A stretch of DNA of 64,000 nt, taken from the NCBI RefSeq assembly GCF_988243305.1, contig NZ_OZ547136.1; one strand, written 5' to 3'. How positions within the stretch are numbered: position 1 is the stretch's first letter; each line of letters opens with the position of its first letter. Both the position numbers and the translations under genes were made by a program. This document shows, in pieces, positions 42,176 through 56,688 of the stretch. The notes beneath the pieces were generated by a model that saw nothing but the letters and a program-made list of their open reading frames with translations, was not told where the DNA came from and did no database searches.

Positions 42176-42679
42176 TTAGAGTTCGCGTAGCATCCGCACT
42201 TCACAATCGACATGGCCCGTGCAGCCAAGCGCATAGTCGATATGCTCAAAGCCCAAATGCTCATAAAGCGCAATGGCTTCCTTTAAAAAAGCGGTCGTTT
42301 CCAGATAGCAGCGTTTGAAGCCCATCTCTCGTGCTTGCTCCATCGCCATTAAGGCCAGTTTTTTCGCCAGCCCTTTACCGCGAATAGCCGGAAGAAAATA
42401 CATCTTTTGCAGTTCGCAAATGTCCGATTCACTACCTGCTAATGGCGCAATCCCACCGCCGCCGACCACTTCACCCTCGTACTCAACCACCCAATATGCA
42501 TGACCAGGCTGACTATACACTTGATACAGCTCGTCAAGATTCGGATCGGCGACGGTGTAGCCTTTATCAGCGGTAAGACCGTATTCGGCGGATACCTGAC
42601 GAATGACGCGGGCGATAGCAGGATTATCCTGCAACGTCAGGCGACGCATTACAGGTGATTGCGGCGCAATGTTATTCAT
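42176..42679 (-). CDS. yjgM: GNAT-family N-acetyltransferase
   Basis: 167-aa ORF with GNAT acetyl-CoA-binding region ([21 protein letters not shown]). Confidence 0.88.
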   Translation of the reverse strand: MNNIAPQSPVMRRLTLQDNPAIARVIRQVSAEYGLTADKGYTVADPNLDELYQVYSQPGHAYWVVEYEGEVVGGGGIAPLAGSESDICELQKMYFLPAIRGKGLAKKLALMAMEQAREMGFKRCYLETTAFLKEAIALYEHLGFEHIDYALGCTGHVDCEVRMLREL

Positions 42680-42871
42680 AGTTTAACCCAATAAAAATAA
42701 AGTAATTATACATTTGTTTAATACCACTCTCTTCTTACGTGCGCAAGCGTCTTATAAAGCAATAAAGTTTTTGCCAGCCTATTACTGATAAGAGTATTGT
42801 AACGTGGCAGAACATTTTACTGTCTGTATCTATAAATTATATCAATGGATTTTTTAATTCAGGGAATTTTT

Positions 42872-44068
42872 ATGGCTCAAGTTATTAATGAAATGGATGT
42901 TCCGTCCCATTCGTTTGTTTTTCATGGTACAGGTGAGAGATATTTTCTTATTTGTGTGGTGAATGTGTTGTTAACGATTATAACGCTAGGTATCTATTTA
43001 CCATGGGCATTAATGAAATGTAAGCGTTATCTCTATGCTAATATGGAAGTTAACGGACAACGATTTTCTTATGGGATTACCGGTGGGAATGTTTTTGTTA
43101 GTTGTCTTGTTTTTGTTTTTTTCTATTTCGCAATCTTAATGACAGTGTCAGCAGATATGCCGCTTGTTGGCTGTGTTTTGACTTTGTCACTGTTGGTTTT
43201 GCTTATATTTATGGCAGCAAAAGGACTGCGTTATCAGGCCTTGATGACTAGTCTCAACGGCGTAAGATTTAGTTTTAATTGCTCTTTGAAAGGGTTCTGG
43301 TGGGTAACCTTTTTCTTGCCGATTTTAATGGCCATTGGGATGGGGACTGTTTTCTTTATCTCGACAAAGATGCTACATGCCAATAGTTCAAGTAGTGTTA
43401 TTATATCTGTGGTTCTGATGGCAATAGTTGGTATTGTTTCCATTGGTATTTTTAATGGTACTTTATATAGTCTGGTAATGAGTTTTCTCTGGAGCAATAC
43501 CAGTTTCGGTATACATCGTTTCAAGGTAAAATTAGATACTACGTATTGTATAAAATATGCCATTCTCGCATTTTTAGCTTTATTACCTTTTCTCGCTGTT
43601 GCTGGTTATATTATCTTCGATCAAATATTAAATGCGTATGATAGTTCTGTGTATGCAAATGATGATATTGAGAATTTACAGCAATTTATGGAAATGCAAC
43701 GTAAAATGATAATCGCGCAGTTAATCTATTATTTTGGGATTGCTGTTAGCACCAGTTATTTAACGGTGTCGTTGCGAAATCATTTTATGAGCAACCTGTC
43801 ACTGAATGATGGGCGTATTCGTTTTCGCTCAACTTTAACATACCACGGTATGCTTTATCGCATGTGTGCGTTGGTGGTGATATCCGGGATTACGGGCGGT
43901 CTGGCTTATCCACTGCTGAAAATATGGATGATTGACTGGCAGGCAAAAAATACGTATTTGCTGGGCGATTTGGATGACCTTCCTTTAATCAATAAAGAAG
44001 AACAACCAGATAAAGGCTTCTTAGCCAGTATTTCACGGGGAATTATGCCTTCTTTACCATTTCTGTAA
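42872..44068 (+). CDS. yjgN: inner-membrane protein, DUF898 family
   Basis: Polytopic, AT-rich membrane ORF; start chosen at MAQVINEMDVPSHSF... Confidence 0.8.
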   Translation: MAQVINEMDVPSHSFVFHGTGERYFLICVVNVLLTIITLGIYLPWALMKCKRYLYANMEVNGQRFSYGITGGNVFVSCLVFVFFYFAILMTVSADMPLVGCVLTLSLLVLLIFMAAKGLRYQALMTSLNGVRFSFNCSLKGFWWVTFFLPILMAIGMGTVFFISTKMLHANSSSSVIISVVLMAIVGIVSIGIFNGTLYSLVMSFLWSNTSFGIHRFKVKLDTTYCIKYAILAFLALLPFLAVAGYIIFDQILNAYDSSVYANDDIENLQQFMEMQRKMIIAQLIYYFGIAVSTSYLTVSLRNHFMSNLSLNDGRIRFRSTLTYHGMLYRMCALVVISGITGGLAYPLLKIWMIDWQAKNTYLLGDLDDLPLINKEEQPDKGFLASISRGIMPSLPFL

Positions 44069-44072
44069 GAGA

Positions 44073-44107
44073 TAAAAAAGGCCGGAGCATGCTCCGGCCT
44101 TCGTTTT
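44073..44107. terminator. bidirectional intrinsic terminator between yjgN and valS
   Basis: AAAAAAGGCCGGAGC-ATG-GCTCCGGCCTTCGTTTT: GC hairpin flanked by an A-run and a T-run. Confidence 0.8.
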
Positions 44108-44123
44108 CATCACTGTGTTTTGA

Positions 44124-46979
44124 TTACAGCGCGGCGATAACAGCCTGCTGTTCAATCAGTTTCGCTTTCGCTTCCGCATAGCCTTCCAGCTTCTCACGCT
44201 CTTTCGCGATGACCGCTTCCGGTGCGCGGGCGACAAAGCCTTCGTTCGCCAGTTTGTTCTCGATACGGCTGATTTCACCTTCAATCTTCGCCACTTCTTT
44301 CGCCAGACGCGCCAGCTCATCTTCTTTGTTGATGAGGCCAGCCATCGGGATCAGCAGCTCTGCACCGTCGATGATCTTCGTAACGGAAACCGGACCTTTG
44401 TCATCGGCAGGCAGCACGGTGATACTTTCCAGACGCGCCAGGGTTTGCAGGAAGCCACGGTTTTCATTTACGCGACGTTCTGCATCCGCGCTGCAACCAC
44501 GCAGCAGCAGCTCCAGCGGTTTGCCCGGCGCGATGTTCATTTCTGCACGGATGTTACGTACCGCAACGATCGCCTGTTTCAGCCATTCGGTGTCGGCCAG
44601 TGCGGCTTCATCAACCTGAGATGCATCGTACTGCGGGAACGGCTGCAGCATGATGGTGTCGGCAGTGATACCGCAAAGTACTTTCACACGCTGCCAGATG
44701 GTTTCGGTGATGAACGGAATGATCGGATGCGCGAGGCGCAGCAGACCTTCCAGTACAGTCACCAGCGTATGGCGAGTACCGCGCAGTTCTGCTTCGGTGC
44801 CACCGTTCATTACCGGCTTGGTCAGCTCGAGATACCAGTCACAGAACTGGTTCCAGGTGAACTCATACAGAATGCCTGCGGCGATATCGAAGCGGAAGCT
44901 GTCCAGCGCTTCGCGGTACGCTTTGATGGTCTGGTTGAACTCCGCCAGAATCCAGCGGTCCGCCAGCGACAGCGTCATTTCGCCGCCGTTGAAGCCGCAA
45001 TCCTGACCTTCTGTGTTCATCAGCACAAAGCGGCTGGCGTTCCACAGCTTGTTACAGAAGTTACGGTAACCTTCCAGGCGCTTCATATCCCAGTTGATGT
45101 CACGACCGGTAGACGCCAGTGCCGCCAGGGTGAAGCGCAGCGCGTCAGTACCGTGCGGTTCAATACCGTTCGGGAACTGCTTCTCGGTGCGCTTACGGAT
45201 TTTGTCCGCCAGCTGTGGCTGCATCATATTGCCGGTGCGTTTTTCCAGCAGTTCTGGCAGCGAAATACCGTCAACCATATCCAGTGGGTCGATAACGTTA
45301 CCCTTGGATTTGGACATCTTCTGGCCTTCGTCGTCACGAATCAGACCGGTCATGTAAACAGTGTGGAACGGCACCTGCGGTTTGCCATTTTCATCTTTGA
45401 TGAAGTGCATGGTCATCATGATCATGCGGGCAATCCAGAAGAAGATGATGTCGAAACCAGATACCATCACGCTGGTTGGGTGGAACTGACGCAGGGCGTC
45501 GGTGTTTTCCGGCCAGCCAAGGGTAGAGAAGGTCCACAGCGCAGAAGAGAACCAGGTGTCGAGAACGTCTTCGTCCTGACGCAGGACAACATCAGCACCG
45601 AGGTTATTTTCTTTACGCACTTCGTCTTCGTTGCGGCCAACATAAACGTTACCCGCTTCGTCATACCATGCCGGGATACGGTGACCCCACCACAACTGAC
45701 GAGAGATACACCAGTCCTGAATATCGCGCATCCAGGAGAAGTACATGTTTTCGTACTGCTTCGGTACGAACTGAATGTCGCCGTTCTCAACCGCTTCAAC
45801 TGCCGGTTTCGCCAGGACATCGGCACGCACGTACCACTGGTCGGTCAGCATCGGTTCGATGACCACGCCACCACGGTCGCCATAAGGAACGGTCAGGTCA
45901 TGTGGTTTAATTTCTTCCAGCAGGCCGAGTGCGTCAACCGCAGCAACGACCGCTTTACGTGCAGCAAAACGCTCCAGTTTCTGGAATTCTGCGGGGATCT
46001 CGCTGGAATAAACGTCAGATTCGTTACCTTTGGTATCGAACACCTGGGCACTTTCACGGATATCGCCGTCAAAGGTCAGGATGTTGATCATCGGCAGCGC
46101 GTGACGTTTACCCACTTCATAGTCGTTAAAGTCGTGCGCCGGAGTGATTTTCACGCAGCCGGTGCCTTTTTCCATGTCGGCGTGTTCGTCGCCAACGATC
46201 GGAATACGACGGTTAACCAGCGGCAGAATGACATATTTGCCAATCAGATCTTTGTAACGCGGATCTTCCGGGTTAACGGCTACGCCAGTATCGCCCAGCA
46301 GGGTTTCCGGACGGGTAGTCGCAACCACCAGATAATCTTTACCGTCTGCGGTTTTCGCACCGTCAGCCAGCGGATAGCGGATGTGCCACATCGAACCTTT
46401 CGATTCGCGGTTTTCCACTTCCAGGTCAGAGATAGCGGTGCGCAGTTTCGGGTCCCAGTTTACCAGGCGTTTGCCACGGTAAATCAGGTCTTCTTTATAT
46501 AGACGAACGAAAACTTCTTTCACCGCATTGGACAGGCCTTCGTCCATCGTGAAGCGTTCACGCTCCCAGTCGACGGAGTTGCCGAGACGGCGCATCTGAC
46601 GGGTAATCGTGCCGCCGGATTCCGCTTTCCATTCCCAGATTTTGTCGATGAAAGCTTCGCGGCCGTAGTCGTGACGGGTTTTACCTTCTTCTGCGGCAAT
46701 CTTGCGCTCAACGACCATCTGGGTAGCGATCCCGGCGTGGTCAGTACCGACCTGCCACAGGGTGTTTTTGCCCTGCATGCGCTGATAGCGGATCATGGTA
46801 TCCATGATGGTTTGCTGGAAGGCGTGACCCATATGCAAACTGCCGGTGACGTTCGGCGGCGGGATCATGATGCAGAAACTTTCCTGGCTTTCATCGCCAT
46901 TAGGCTTAAAGTAGCCCTGCTTTTCCCAGTGCTCGTAAAGCGGCTGTTCGATATCTTGTGGGTTATATGTCTTTTCCAT
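44124..46979 (-). CDS. valS: valine--tRNA ligase
   Basis: 951-aa class I aaRS with HMGH and KMSKS motifs and C-terminal coiled coil. Confidence 0.98.
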   Translation of the reverse strand: MEKTYNPQDIEQPLYEHWEKQGYFKPNGDESQESFCIMIPPPNVTGSLHMGHAFQQTIMDTMIRYQRMQGKNTLWQVGTDHAGIATQMVVERKIAAEEGKTRHDYGREAFIDKIWEWKAESGGTITRQMRRLGNSVDWERERFTMDEGLSNAVKEVFVRLYKEDLIYRGKRLVNWDPKLRTAISDLEVENRESKGSMWHIRYPLADGAKTADGKDYLVVATTRPETLLGDTGVAVNPEDPRYKDLIGKYVILPLVNRRIPIVGDEHADMEKGTGCVKITPAHDFNDYEVGKRHALPMINILTFDGDIRESAQVFDTKGNESDVYSSEIPAEFQKLERFAARKAVVAAVDALGLLEEIKPHDLTVPYGDRGGVVIEPMLTDQWYVRADVLAKPAVEAVENGDIQFVPKQYENMYFSWMRDIQDWCISRQLWWGHRIPAWYDEAGNVYVGRNEDEVRKENNLGADVVLRQDEDVLDTWFSSALWTFSTLGWPENTDALRQFHPTSVMVSGFDIIFFWIARMIMMTMHFIKDENGKPQVPFHTVYMTGLIRDDEGQKMSKSKGNVIDPLDMVDGISLPELLEKRTGNMMQPQLADKIRKRTEKQFPNGIEPHGTDALRFTLAALASTGRDINWDMKRLEGYRNFCNKLWNASRFVLMNTEGQDCGFNGGEMTLSLADRWILAEFNQTIKAYREALDSFRFDIAAGILYEFTWNQFCDWYLELTKPVMNGGTEAELRGTRHTLVTVLEGLLRLAHPIIPFITETIWQRVKVLCGITADTIMLQPFPQYDASQVDEAALADTEWLKQAIVAVRNIRAEMNIAPGKPLELLLRGCSADAERRVNENRGFLQTLARLESITVLPADDKGPVSVTKIIDGAELLIPMAGLINKEDELARLAKEVAKIEGEISRIENKLANEGFVARAPEAVIAKEREKLEGYAEAKAKLIEQQAVIAAL

Positions 46980-47422
46980 TATTTCCAGGTTGCCGTATTC
47001 AGGTTGAAACCAGCCACGCGGTAGGCTTTATAGCGTTCGCGCGCCAGTTGTTTCAGAGAATCTTCATAAGGAACGAAGTCTACCACTTCTGTGAAAGCGG
47101 TGGCAAAATCTGCAAAGCTTGTTCGCAGACTAATCAATATATCGCGCGGGCTGCTGCTGCGTTTTTGCGGCCAGGCGATCTCCACCGGCGCACCGCCGCG
47201 CGGTCCTTCTCCCGCTAAATTATGCGGAACAAAGCTTTCTGCCGGACGCGCCCACAGGGCTTCATCCAGCCGGTAAGCCTGCTTTTCATCTTCACAGGCG
47301 ATGAGCACTCGCTTACCGCTGCGCCAACGTTCTGCGGCAATTTCACACACCAGTTGCTCAACGGCGCTTAAGCCATCGACGGTGGTGTCATTGTCCAGAA
47401 GGTAGAACGTCGCGTTTTTCAT
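46979..47422 (-). CDS. holC: DNA polymerase III chi subunit
   Basis: 147-aa [49 protein letters not shown]...; 1-bp overlap with valS. Confidence 0.95.
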   Translation of the reverse strand: MKNATFYLLDNDTTVDGLSAVEQLVCEIAAERWRSGKRVLIACEDEKQAYRLDEALWARPAESFVPHNLAGEGPRGGAPVEIAWPQKRSSSPRDILISLRTSFADFATAFTEVVDFVPYEDSLKQLARERYKAYRVAGFNLNTATWK

Positions 47423-47449
47423 AAATGGGGCTTCTTGTGGTGGATTTAA

Positions 47450-47770
<321 letters not shown>

Positions 47771-47775
47771 CGCAA

Positions 47776-49290
<1,515 letters not shown>

Positions 49291-49553
49291 CTACGCTCCT
49301 GAATCTTAAAGACAACGGCGGTGGCTACAGATAGAATTGCAAGCTTTCGTAACTCATGTCCGCTGTTGCGATGACTTCGTGTTAATCTTAACGTTATTAC
49401 GGCATTGGCACGTCAGAACAAAATCTGAGAGGTGAATCCGTTGAGTATAATTATCTTAGCGACGATTTCGACGACTCAAGAGAATAAATGACGTTTAAGC
49501 CATGAAACAAGCTAAAATCCTGCAAAAGACGAGTTTTTACGGGCGTATTTAAA

Positions 49554-50654
49554 GTGATAATCATAAGATATCTGGTGCGGGAGACGCTCAAAAGCCAGCT
49601 GGCGATACTCTTCATCTTGCTTTTGATCTTCTTCTGTCAAAAGTTAGTGAGGATCCTCGGCGCAGCGGTTGACGGCGATATTCCGGCGAATCTGGTGCTC
49701 TCCCTTCTCGGGTTGGGCGTGCCGGAAATGGCGCAGCTTATCCTGCCATTAAGCCTGTTCCTCGGGCTGCTGATGACGCTGGGCAAACTGTATACCGAAA
49801 GTGAAATTACGGTAATGCATGCCTGCGGCCTGAGCAAAGCGGTTCTGGTGAAAGCGGCAATGATCCTTGCGGTATTCACGGCAATCGTCGCGGCGGTTAA
49901 CGTGATGTGGGCGGGACCGTGGTCATCGCGTCATCAGGATGAAGTGTTAGCAGAAGCGAAAGCGAACCCTGGCATGGCGGCGCTGGCGCAAGGGCAATTC
50001 CAGCAAGCGACTAATGGCAGTTCGGTGCTGTTCATCGAAAGCGTTGACGGCAGCGATTTCAAAGATGTGTTCCTCGCGCAAATTCGACCAAAAGGTAATG
50101 CACGTCCTTCTGTGGTGGTGGCCGATTCCGGACATTTAACCCAGCTGCGCGACGGCTCCCAGGTCGTCACTCTCAACCAGGGAACGCGCTTCGAAGGCAC
50201 TGCACTGTTACGTGATTTCCGCATTACGGATTTCCAGGATTATCAGGCGATCATTGGTCACCAGGCGGTGGCGCTCGACCCGAACGATACCGACCAGATG
50301 GACATGCGCACATTGTGGAACACTGACACCGATCGTGCTCGCGCAGAACTGAACTGGCGTATCACGTTGGTATTCACCGTGTTTATGATGGCACTTATGG
50401 TCGTACCGCTGAGCGTGGTTAACCCACGTCAGGGACGCGTACTATCGATGCTGCCAGCCATGCTGCTGTATCTACTTTTCTTCCTGATCCAGACCTCCCT
50501 GAAATCGAACGGCGGTAAAGGTAAGCTGGACCCGACGCTGTGGATGTGGACCGTTAACTTGATTTATCTGGCTTTGGCGATTGTTCTCAACCTTTGGGAC
50601 ACCGTGCCGGTCCGCCGCCTGCGCGCCAGTTTTTCGCGTAAAGGAGCGGTGTGA
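49554..50654 (+). CDS. lptF: LPS export ABC transporter permease LptF
   Basis: 366-aa membrane ORF; stop overlaps the lptG start. Confidence 0.93.
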   Translation: MIIIRYLVRETLKSQLAILFILLLIFFCQKLVRILGAAVDGDIPANLVLSLLGLGVPEMAQLILPLSLFLGLLMTLGKLYTESEITVMHACGLSKAVLVKAAMILAVFTAIVAAVNVMWAGPWSSRHQDEVLAEAKANPGMAALAQGQFQQATNGSSVLFIESVDGSDFKDVFLAQIRPKGNARPSVVVADSGHLTQLRDGSQVVTLNQGTRFEGTALLRDFRITDFQDYQAIIGHQAVALDPNDTDQMDMRTLWNTDTDRARAELNWRITLVFTVFMMALMVVPLSVVNPRQGRVLSMLPAMLLYLLFFLIQTSLKSNGGKGKLDPTLWMWTVNLIYLALAIVLNLWDTVPVRRLRASFSRKGAV

Positions 50655-51736
50655 TGCAACCTTTTGGCGTACTTGATCGCTATATCGGTAAAACTATTTT
50701 CACCACCATCATGATGACGCTGTTCATGCTGGTGTCGCTGTCGGGCATTATCAAGTTTGTCGATCAGCTGAAAAAAGCCGGGCAGGGGAGTTACGACGCG
50801 TTAGGCGCAGGAATGTATACCTTGCTGAGCGTGCCGAAAGATGTGCAGATCTTCTTCCCGATGGCGGCTCTGCTTGGGGCGTTGCTTGGTCTTGGGATGC
50901 TGGCGCAGCGCAGCGAACTGGTGGTGATGCAGGCTTCTGGTTTTACCCGTATGCAGGTGGCGCTGTCGGTGATGAAAACCGCCATTCCGCTGGTCTTGTT
51001 GACGATGGCGATTGGTGAATGGGTTGCGCCGCAGGGCGAGCAGATGGCGCGTAACTACCGTGCGCAGGCGATGTACGGCGGCTCGTTGCTCTCTACCCAG
51101 CAAGGCTTATGGGCGAAAGATGGCAACAACTTCGTCTACATTGAGCGGGTTAAAGGTGACGAAGAGTTAGGTGGCATCAGCATTTATGCCTTTAACGAGA
51201 ATCGTCGTCTGCAATCCGTACGCTATGCCGCTACCGCGAAGTTTGACCCGGAACATAAAGTCTGGCGTCTGTCGCAGGTTGATGAATCTGATTTGACCAA
51301 TCCGAAACAGATTACCGGTTCGCAGACGGTGAGCGGCACCTGGAAAACCAACCTCACGCCGGACAAACTGGGCGTGGTGGCGCTGGACCCGGATGCACTC
51401 TCCATCAGTGGTTTGCACAACTACGTGAAGTATCTGAAGTCGAGCGGTCAGGATGCCGGACGTTATCAGCTCAACATGTGGAGCAAAATCTTCCAGCCGC
51501 TATCCGTGGCGGTGATGATGTTGATGGCGCTGTCGTTCATCTTTGGCCCACTGCGTAGCGTACCGATGGGTGTGCGTGTGGTCACCGGTATCAGCTTCGG
51601 TTTTGTCTTCTACGTACTGGACCAGATCTTCGGCCCGCTGACGTTGGTTTACGGCATCCCGCCGATCATTGGCGCACTGTTGCCAAGCGCCAGCTTCTTC
51701 TTAATCAGCCTGTGGCTGTTAATGAGAAAATCGTAA
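50654..51736 (+). CDS. lptG: LPS export ABC transporter permease LptG
   Basis: 360-aa product MQPFGVLDRYIGKTIF... Confidence 0.93.
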   Translation: MQPFGVLDRYIGKTIFTTIMMTLFMLVSLSGIIKFVDQLKKAGQGSYDALGAGMYTLLSVPKDVQIFFPMAALLGALLGLGMLAQRSELVVMQASGFTRMQVALSVMKTAIPLVLLTMAIGEWVAPQGEQMARNYRAQAMYGGSLLSTQQGLWAKDGNNFVYIERVKGDEELGGISIYAFNENRRLQSVRYAATAKFDPEHKVWRLSQVDESDLTNPKQITGSQTVSGTWKTNLTPDKLGVVALDPDALSISGLHNYVKYLKSSGQDAGRYQLNMWSKIFQPLSVAVMMLMALSFIFGPLRSVPMGVRVVTGISFGFVFYVLDQIFGPLTLVYGIPPIIGALLPSASFFLISLWLLMRKS

Positions 51737-51752
51737 CCGAATGAACGAATAA

Positions 51753-51776
51753 AGGGAGCGAAAGCTCCCTTTATTA
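51753..51776 (+). terminator. intrinsic terminator after lptG
   Basis: AGGGAGC-GAAA-GCTCCCT hairpin followed by TTATT. Confidence 0.75.
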
Positions 51777-51896
51777 TTGTTAGCATAGTGTGCTTCGTTC
51801 ATTCCTGAAAAATCATTAAAATTCAATATATTGCAGTGGTGTAGGCATAATAAGACGCGCCAGCGTCGCATCAGGCAAAGACAAATCTCGCCTGAC

Positions 51897-53399
51897 TTAC
51901 CTTCTTCTCCCCCCAAGCAAACTCCCCAGCACTCCGCGTACAATCTGATTCGTCACCTGGCGAGCGGCGCTTTTGGCCATTGTTTGCACCACACCATCTT
52001 TCTTCCCGCCGCGTGGTCCGGTAGTGCCAAACAAAATATCCTTCAATCCACCAAGAATGCCGTCATCCACCGCCACCTCTTTCCCTTTCACGGCAGGATT
52101 ATTTTGCTGCTCGGTGCTTGCCTGTACGCCTTTTTGCAACATCTCATAGGCGGATTCCCGGTCCACGTCATCCTCGTACTTGCCATACACCGGAGAGTGA
52201 TTAATCAAGCCATTACGCTCATCTTCTGTCACCGGCCCCATCCGTGAACAAGGCGCGATCACCATCGCACGCTCCACCACAGAAGGACTTCCTTTCGCAT
52301 CCAGAAAAGAGATTAACGCCTCGCCGGTCCCCAGTTCCTGGATTGCCTTTTCCGTATCAAATGCAGGGTTGGGGCGCATGGTTTGCGCCGCAGCTTTTAC
52401 CGCTTTCTGATCTTTGGGCGTAAAAGCCCGCAAAGCGTGTTGAACGCGATTACCGAGCTGGCCGAGCACATTATCTGGAATATCAGACGGGTTTTGCGAA
52501 ACGAACCAGACGCCCACGCCTTTTGAGCGAATAAGCCTTATCACCTGCTCAATCTTATCCAGCAGTACCTGCGGGGCATCGTTAAACAGCAGATGTGCCT
52601 CGTCGAAGAAAAACACCAGTTTTGGTTTCTCCAGATCGCCTGCTTCCGGCAATTGTTCATACAACTCTGAAAGCATCCACAACAGGCTGGCGGCGTACAG
52701 TTTCGGCATCTGATAAAGCTTCTCGGCGCTGAGGATATTGATAACGCCTTTACCGTTGGCATCGGTGCGCATCCAGTCTTTGATATCCAGCATCGGCTCA
52801 CCAAAGAAATGCGCCGCACCTTGTTGCTCCAGCGACAGCAATCCGCGCTGGATGGCACCAACCGATGCGCTACTGATATTTCCGTACTGATTCTGGAAGG
52901 ATTTGGCGTTATCGCCGATGTACTGGGTAATCGCCCGCAAATCTTTAAAGTCGAGCAGTAACAGCCCCTGATCGTCAGCAATGCGGAAGATGATATTCAG
53001 CACGCCAGATTGCACATCGTTGAGATTCAACAGCCGCGCCAGCAACAGCGGCCCCAGATCCGAAACCGTCGCCCGCACCGGATGGCCCTTCTCGCCAAAG
53101 ATATCCCAAACCACCACCGGATTGGCATGCGGTTGCCAGTCATTGACGCCGATATTTTTAAGCCTTGCGAGCAGTTTTTCCGACGCCGTTCCTGCCTGCG
53201 CGATACCGGTCAGATCGCCTTTCACATCAGCCATAAACACCGGCACGCCGATTTCCGACAATGACTCTGCCAGTTTTTGCAGCGTAACGGTTTTACCTGT
53301 CCCCGTTGCGCCAGTAATCAGTCCGTGACGGTTAGCCATAGCGGGTAGTAAAAACAGTTCTGTGTCTGGCGTGCGGGCAATTAACAGGGGTTCGCTCAT
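51897..53399 (-). CDS. yjgR: DUF853-family P-loop NTPase (HerA/FtsK-like) YjgR
   Basis: 500-aa ORF with Walker A GATGTGKT and Walker B-like LVFFFDEAH. Confidence 0.88.
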   Translation of the reverse strand: MSEPLLIARTPDTELFLLPAMANRHGLITGATGTGKTVTLQKLAESLSEIGVPVFMADVKGDLTGIAQAGTASEKLLARLKNIGVNDWQPHANPVVVWDIFGEKGHPVRATVSDLGPLLLARLLNLNDVQSGVLNIIFRIADDQGLLLLDFKDLRAITQYIGDNAKSFQNQYGNISSASVGAIQRGLLSLEQQGAAHFFGEPMLDIKDWMRTDANGKGVINILSAEKLYQMPKLYAASLLWMLSELYEQLPEAGDLEKPKLVFFFDEAHLLFNDAPQVLLDKIEQVIRLIRSKGVGVWFVSQNPSDIPDNVLGQLGNRVQHALRAFTPKDQKAVKAAAQTMRPNPAFDTEKAIQELGTGEALISFLDAKGSPSVVERAMVIAPCSRMGPVTEDERNGLINHSPVYGKYEDDVDRESAYEMLQKGVQASTEQQNNPAVKGKEVAVDDGILGGLKDILFGTTGPRGGKKDGVVQTMAKSAARQVTNQIVRGVLGSLLGGRRR

Positions 53400-53476
53400 G
53401 AGATATCCTCCAGTTTCCTGCCTGGAGTATAGGCAACGTCCGGCAAAGAGAATACGTGTAATGAAGAGAAAATAAC

Positions 53477-54475
53477 CTAAAGCGTGTTGCCGTGATAAAT
53501 CTGATACCCGAGGTCAACAGTGTTGTGGTTGTGATCGTTATTTTTAATTTTGCTCAGCAACATTTGGGCAGCCGTCCGACCAATATCAAAACGGGGAGTA
53601 ATTACGCTGGCGAGGCTTGGGATCATTTGCCTGCCAATCTCCAACCCATGAAAACCCGCAATGGAAATTTGTTCTGGCACGGCGAGGTTTCGCTCGCGGC
53701 ACAGCAGAAGCGCACCCATCGCAATATCGTCATTGGTGCAAAATACACCGTCTAAATCCGGGTTTGCGCTAAGGGCATCACGCATTAACTGCATTCCTAA
53801 ATGAATGGATGAGATGGCGCGTGGATTCATGCGTAATGGGGAAAGATTATGCAGCATCATCGCATCGCAATACCCCTGATAACGCTGTTCATCGCGGGTG
53901 TCATCTTTGGAACCGAGATACAGAATTTTGTGCCTGACTCGCTTCTCCAGCATGGTACACACCATGTCAAAAGCGGCCTGCCGATTATCAAAACCGACCT
54001 CCATATCCAGCCGTTCTCCCTGTACATCCATCAATTCCACGACCGGAATGGTGGCTGAACGCAGAAATTTCACCGTCCTGATGGTGTGATATTTTTCCGA
54101 AAGTATAATCCCGTCAATGTTATAAGAGAGCAGGTTAATCACCGACTCTTCTTCGGAATCGCGATCGTAATTGTAATTAGCAATAAGGGTCTGATAATTA
54201 TGCTCAGAGGTGACGGATTCTATTCCCGCGAGAATGTCAGCGAAGAGTTGATTTTGAAATGACGGAATCAAGATACCGAGGGTATAACTTTGTGCATTCA
54301 ACAACATGCCGGGAGCGCGATTAGGGATATAATTGATCTCTTCCATAATTTTGGCGATGCGCTCGCCTGTTTCCTTTGCCACCTTTTTCGGCGAGCGGAT
54401 ATAACGACTCACGGTCATTTTTGTTACGCCAGCCAGCGTAGCGATATCCTGTAAAGAAATTCTGTGATTGCGCAT
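53477..54475 (-). CDS. idnR: LacI-family transcriptional regulator of L-idonate/5-ketogluconate metabolism
   Basis: 332-aa product from internal start [27 protein letters not shown]... Confidence 0.9.
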   Translation of the reverse strand: MRNHRISLQDIATLAGVTKMTVSRYIRSPKKVAKETGERIAKIMEEINYIPNRAPGMLLNAQSYTLGILIPSFQNQLFADILAGIESVTSEHNYQTLIANYNYDRDSEEESVINLLSYNIDGIILSEKYHTIRTVKFLRSATIPVVELMDVQGERLDMEVGFDNRQAAFDMVCTMLEKRVRHKILYLGSKDDTRDEQRYQGYCDAMMLHNLSPLRMNPRAISSIHLGMQLMRDALSANPDLDGVFCTNDDIAMGALLLCRERNLAVPEQISIAGFHGLEIGRQMIPSLASVITPRFDIGRTAAQMLLSKIKNNDHNHNTVDLGYQIYHGNTL

Positions 54476-54541
54476 AACTTCTCCCAACGTCGGGGGAATC
54501 TTCAATCTTCCCCCGAAACTACATCACAATATTTTATTCTT

Positions 54542-55861
54542 TCAGTGCAATACGGCGTTAATGGCTAACACGCCCAGCAAACCCATAATAGAAATAAGGG
54601 TTTCCATCACCGTCCAGGTACGCAACGTTTCACCAACCGTCAGATTAAAATACCCTTTAAATAGCCAGAAGCCAGGGTCGTTTACGTGTGACGCGATCAC
54701 ACTGCCCGCACCGGTTGCCAGTACCATTAAAGCGGGATCGGCATGGGTAACGTTGATAATCGGCAACACCACACCCGCGGTGGTAATGGCCGCGACGGTG
54801 GCAGAGCCCAGAGCGATACGCAACAGCGCCGCAACAGTCCAGCACATCAATAACGGCGAAAGCGTAGTTCCGGTCATTAAGTGTGAAATATACTGCCCGA
54901 CACCGCTATCTACTAATACCTGCTTAAACGCGCCGCCGCCAGCGATAATAAACACAATCATCGCGATAGCGCCTATAGAATCCCCAATGATATCCATGAT
55001 TTGCTCGATGGTGCGTCCATTACGTCGGCCCAGTGTGAAAATCGCAATAACAATGGCAATAAACAGCGCAACGGCAGGGTTACCGACAAATTCAAAGAAG
55101 AGGCGCACGGTGTTAGTTTTCGGTAACGTAATTTCACAAACGGCGGCGATAGCCATCAGGATGACCGGGATCACGGCAGCGAAAATACTGTTCCAGAAGG
55201 AGGGCATCTCCTCTTCGCTAAACAGATGAGGATTAAATAAGCCTTCCGGTGGTGCTTTCTCAAAGCGAGTTAGCAGTTTAGAAAACAGCGGTCCTGCGAC
55301 AATAACTGTCGGAATGGTAATGATAAATCCATACAGTAAAGTCGTTCCGAGATTAGCCTCAAAGATAGTCGCGATGGCAGTAGGCCCTGGATGTGGCGGC
55401 AGAAAACAGTGGGTTACAGAGAGCGCTGCTACCATTGGTACGCCAACATACAACAGGGGTAATCCTGATGATGCTACGATGGTAAATACCAACGGCAACA
55501 GCAGGACAAAACCCACTTCAAAAAACATGGCGAGGCCCACAACCAGACCGGTGATCACTAGCGCCCATTGCACGCGTTTTTTACCAAAAGTAGCAATCAG
55601 CGTAGTGGCGATACGTTGTGCCGCACCCGTATCAGAAATCAGCTTGCCTAACATGGCCCCGAAACCGAGGATCATTGCCAGCCCGCCGAGCGTGCTGCCG
55701 ATACCATTTTGTATAGAGTGCAGGACGGCCTGTGCATCCATCCCTTCGGCAAATCCGACGACGGCAGCTACCAGAACGAGGGCAATAAAGCCGTTAACTT
55801 TAAAGCCGATCATCAGGATAAGAAGCAGCGCGACGCCTGCCGCAATAATGATTAATGGCAT
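54542..55861 (-). CDS. idnT: GntP-family L-idonate/5-ketogluconate/gluconate transporter
   Basis: 439-aa polytopic ORF, GntP permease family. Confidence 0.9.
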   Translation of the reverse strand: MPLIIIAAGVALLLILMIGFKVNGFIALVLVAAVVGFAEGMDAQAVLHSIQNGIGSTLGGLAMILGFGAMLGKLISDTGAAQRIATTLIATFGKKRVQWALVITGLVVGLAMFFEVGFVLLLPLVFTIVASSGLPLLYVGVPMVAALSVTHCFLPPHPGPTAIATIFEANLGTTLLYGFIITIPTVIVAGPLFSKLLTRFEKAPPEGLFNPHLFSEEEMPSFWNSIFAAVIPVILMAIAAVCEITLPKTNTVRLFFEFVGNPAVALFIAIVIAIFTLGRRNGRTIEQIMDIIGDSIGAIAMIVFIIAGGGAFKQVLVDSGVGQYISHLMTGTTLSPLLMCWTVAALLRIALGSATVAAITTAGVVLPIINVTHADPALMVLATGAGSVIASHVNDPGFWLFKGYFNLTVGETLRTWTVMETLISIMGLLGVLAINAVLH

Positions 55862-55923
55862 AGTCTTTATCTCTTATTAGTGCCAGAAAAGCAGCGCTTT
55901 CGCGCTGCACGTAGGGGGGGCTG

Positions 55924-56688
55924 TTAAACAGCCACTAACATGCCGCCATCAACAAACAACAGGTGGCCGTTTACGAAATCAGAGGCTTTTGAAGAAAGGA
56001 ACACCGCAGCACCAATCAGTTCCTGCGGATCTCCCCAGCGTGCGGCGGGGGTCCGTTTGCACAACCAGGCGGTGAAGGCTTCGTCCTCAACCAGTGCTTT
56101 AGTCATTTCTGTTTTGAAATAGCCCGGCGCAATACCGTTGACCTGAATATTGTGGCGCGCCAGCTCGACGCACATGCCGCGGGTGAGCATTTTTACCGCC
56201 CCTTTCGATGCGGCATAAGGGGTGATGGTGTCACGTCCCAGTTCGCTTTGCATCGAGCAAATATTAATAATTTTACCTGCCTTGCGTTCAACCATGTGAC
56301 GAGTTACCGCTTGCGATACCAGGAACACGGCGGTCTGGTTTACTGCGATCACATCATTCCACTCTTGTTCAGGGAACTCAGTAAAAGGATGACGGCGCTG
56401 GATACCGGCGTTATTCACCAGCACATCAATGGGGCCGATGTCCTTTTCGATATGTTCAACGGCGGCATCAATTTCATGTTTATGAGTAACATTAAAAGGT
56501 GCGGCAACGGCCTGAATACCCTCCTGGTGGAGTTTTTCTACAGCAAGTTCTGCGCGTTCGGCAGTAATATCATTAATAATTATTTGTGCGCCATATTTAC
56601 CCAGGCCGGTTGCCAGTAAAAAGCCAATGCCCTGTGCTGAACCGGTAATCAAGATATTTTTTCCTGCCAGTGAAAATAGATCGTTCAT
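55924..56688 (-). CDS. idnO: 5-keto-D-gluconate 5-reductase (SDR)
   Basis: 254-aa SDR with TGSAQGIG Rossmann motif. Confidence 0.9.
   Translation of the reverse strand: MNDLFSLAGKNILITGSAQGIGFLLATGLGKYGAQIIINDITAERAELAVEKLHQEGIQAVAAPFNVTHKHEIDAAVEHIEKDIGPIDVLVNNAGIQRRHPFTEFPEQEWNDVIAVNQTAVFLVSQAVTRHMVERKAGKIINICSMQSELGRDTITPYAASKGAVKMLTRGMCVELARHNIQVNGIAPGYFKTEMTKALVEDEAFTAWLCKRTPAARWGDPQELIGAAVFLSSKASDFVNGHLLFVDGGMLVAV

Noticed and set aside
44445-46502. 685-aa ORF on the plus strand
   Set aside because: Lies entirely antisense to valS, a highly conserved gene; long antisense ORFs are common in GC-rich coding DNA and it has no RBS or recognisable domain.
51897-53399. yjgR P-loop ATPase as a possible defence ATPase
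   Set aside because: Sits in conserved core context between lptG and the idn operon with core-like composition; more likely a housekeeping DUF853 protein.
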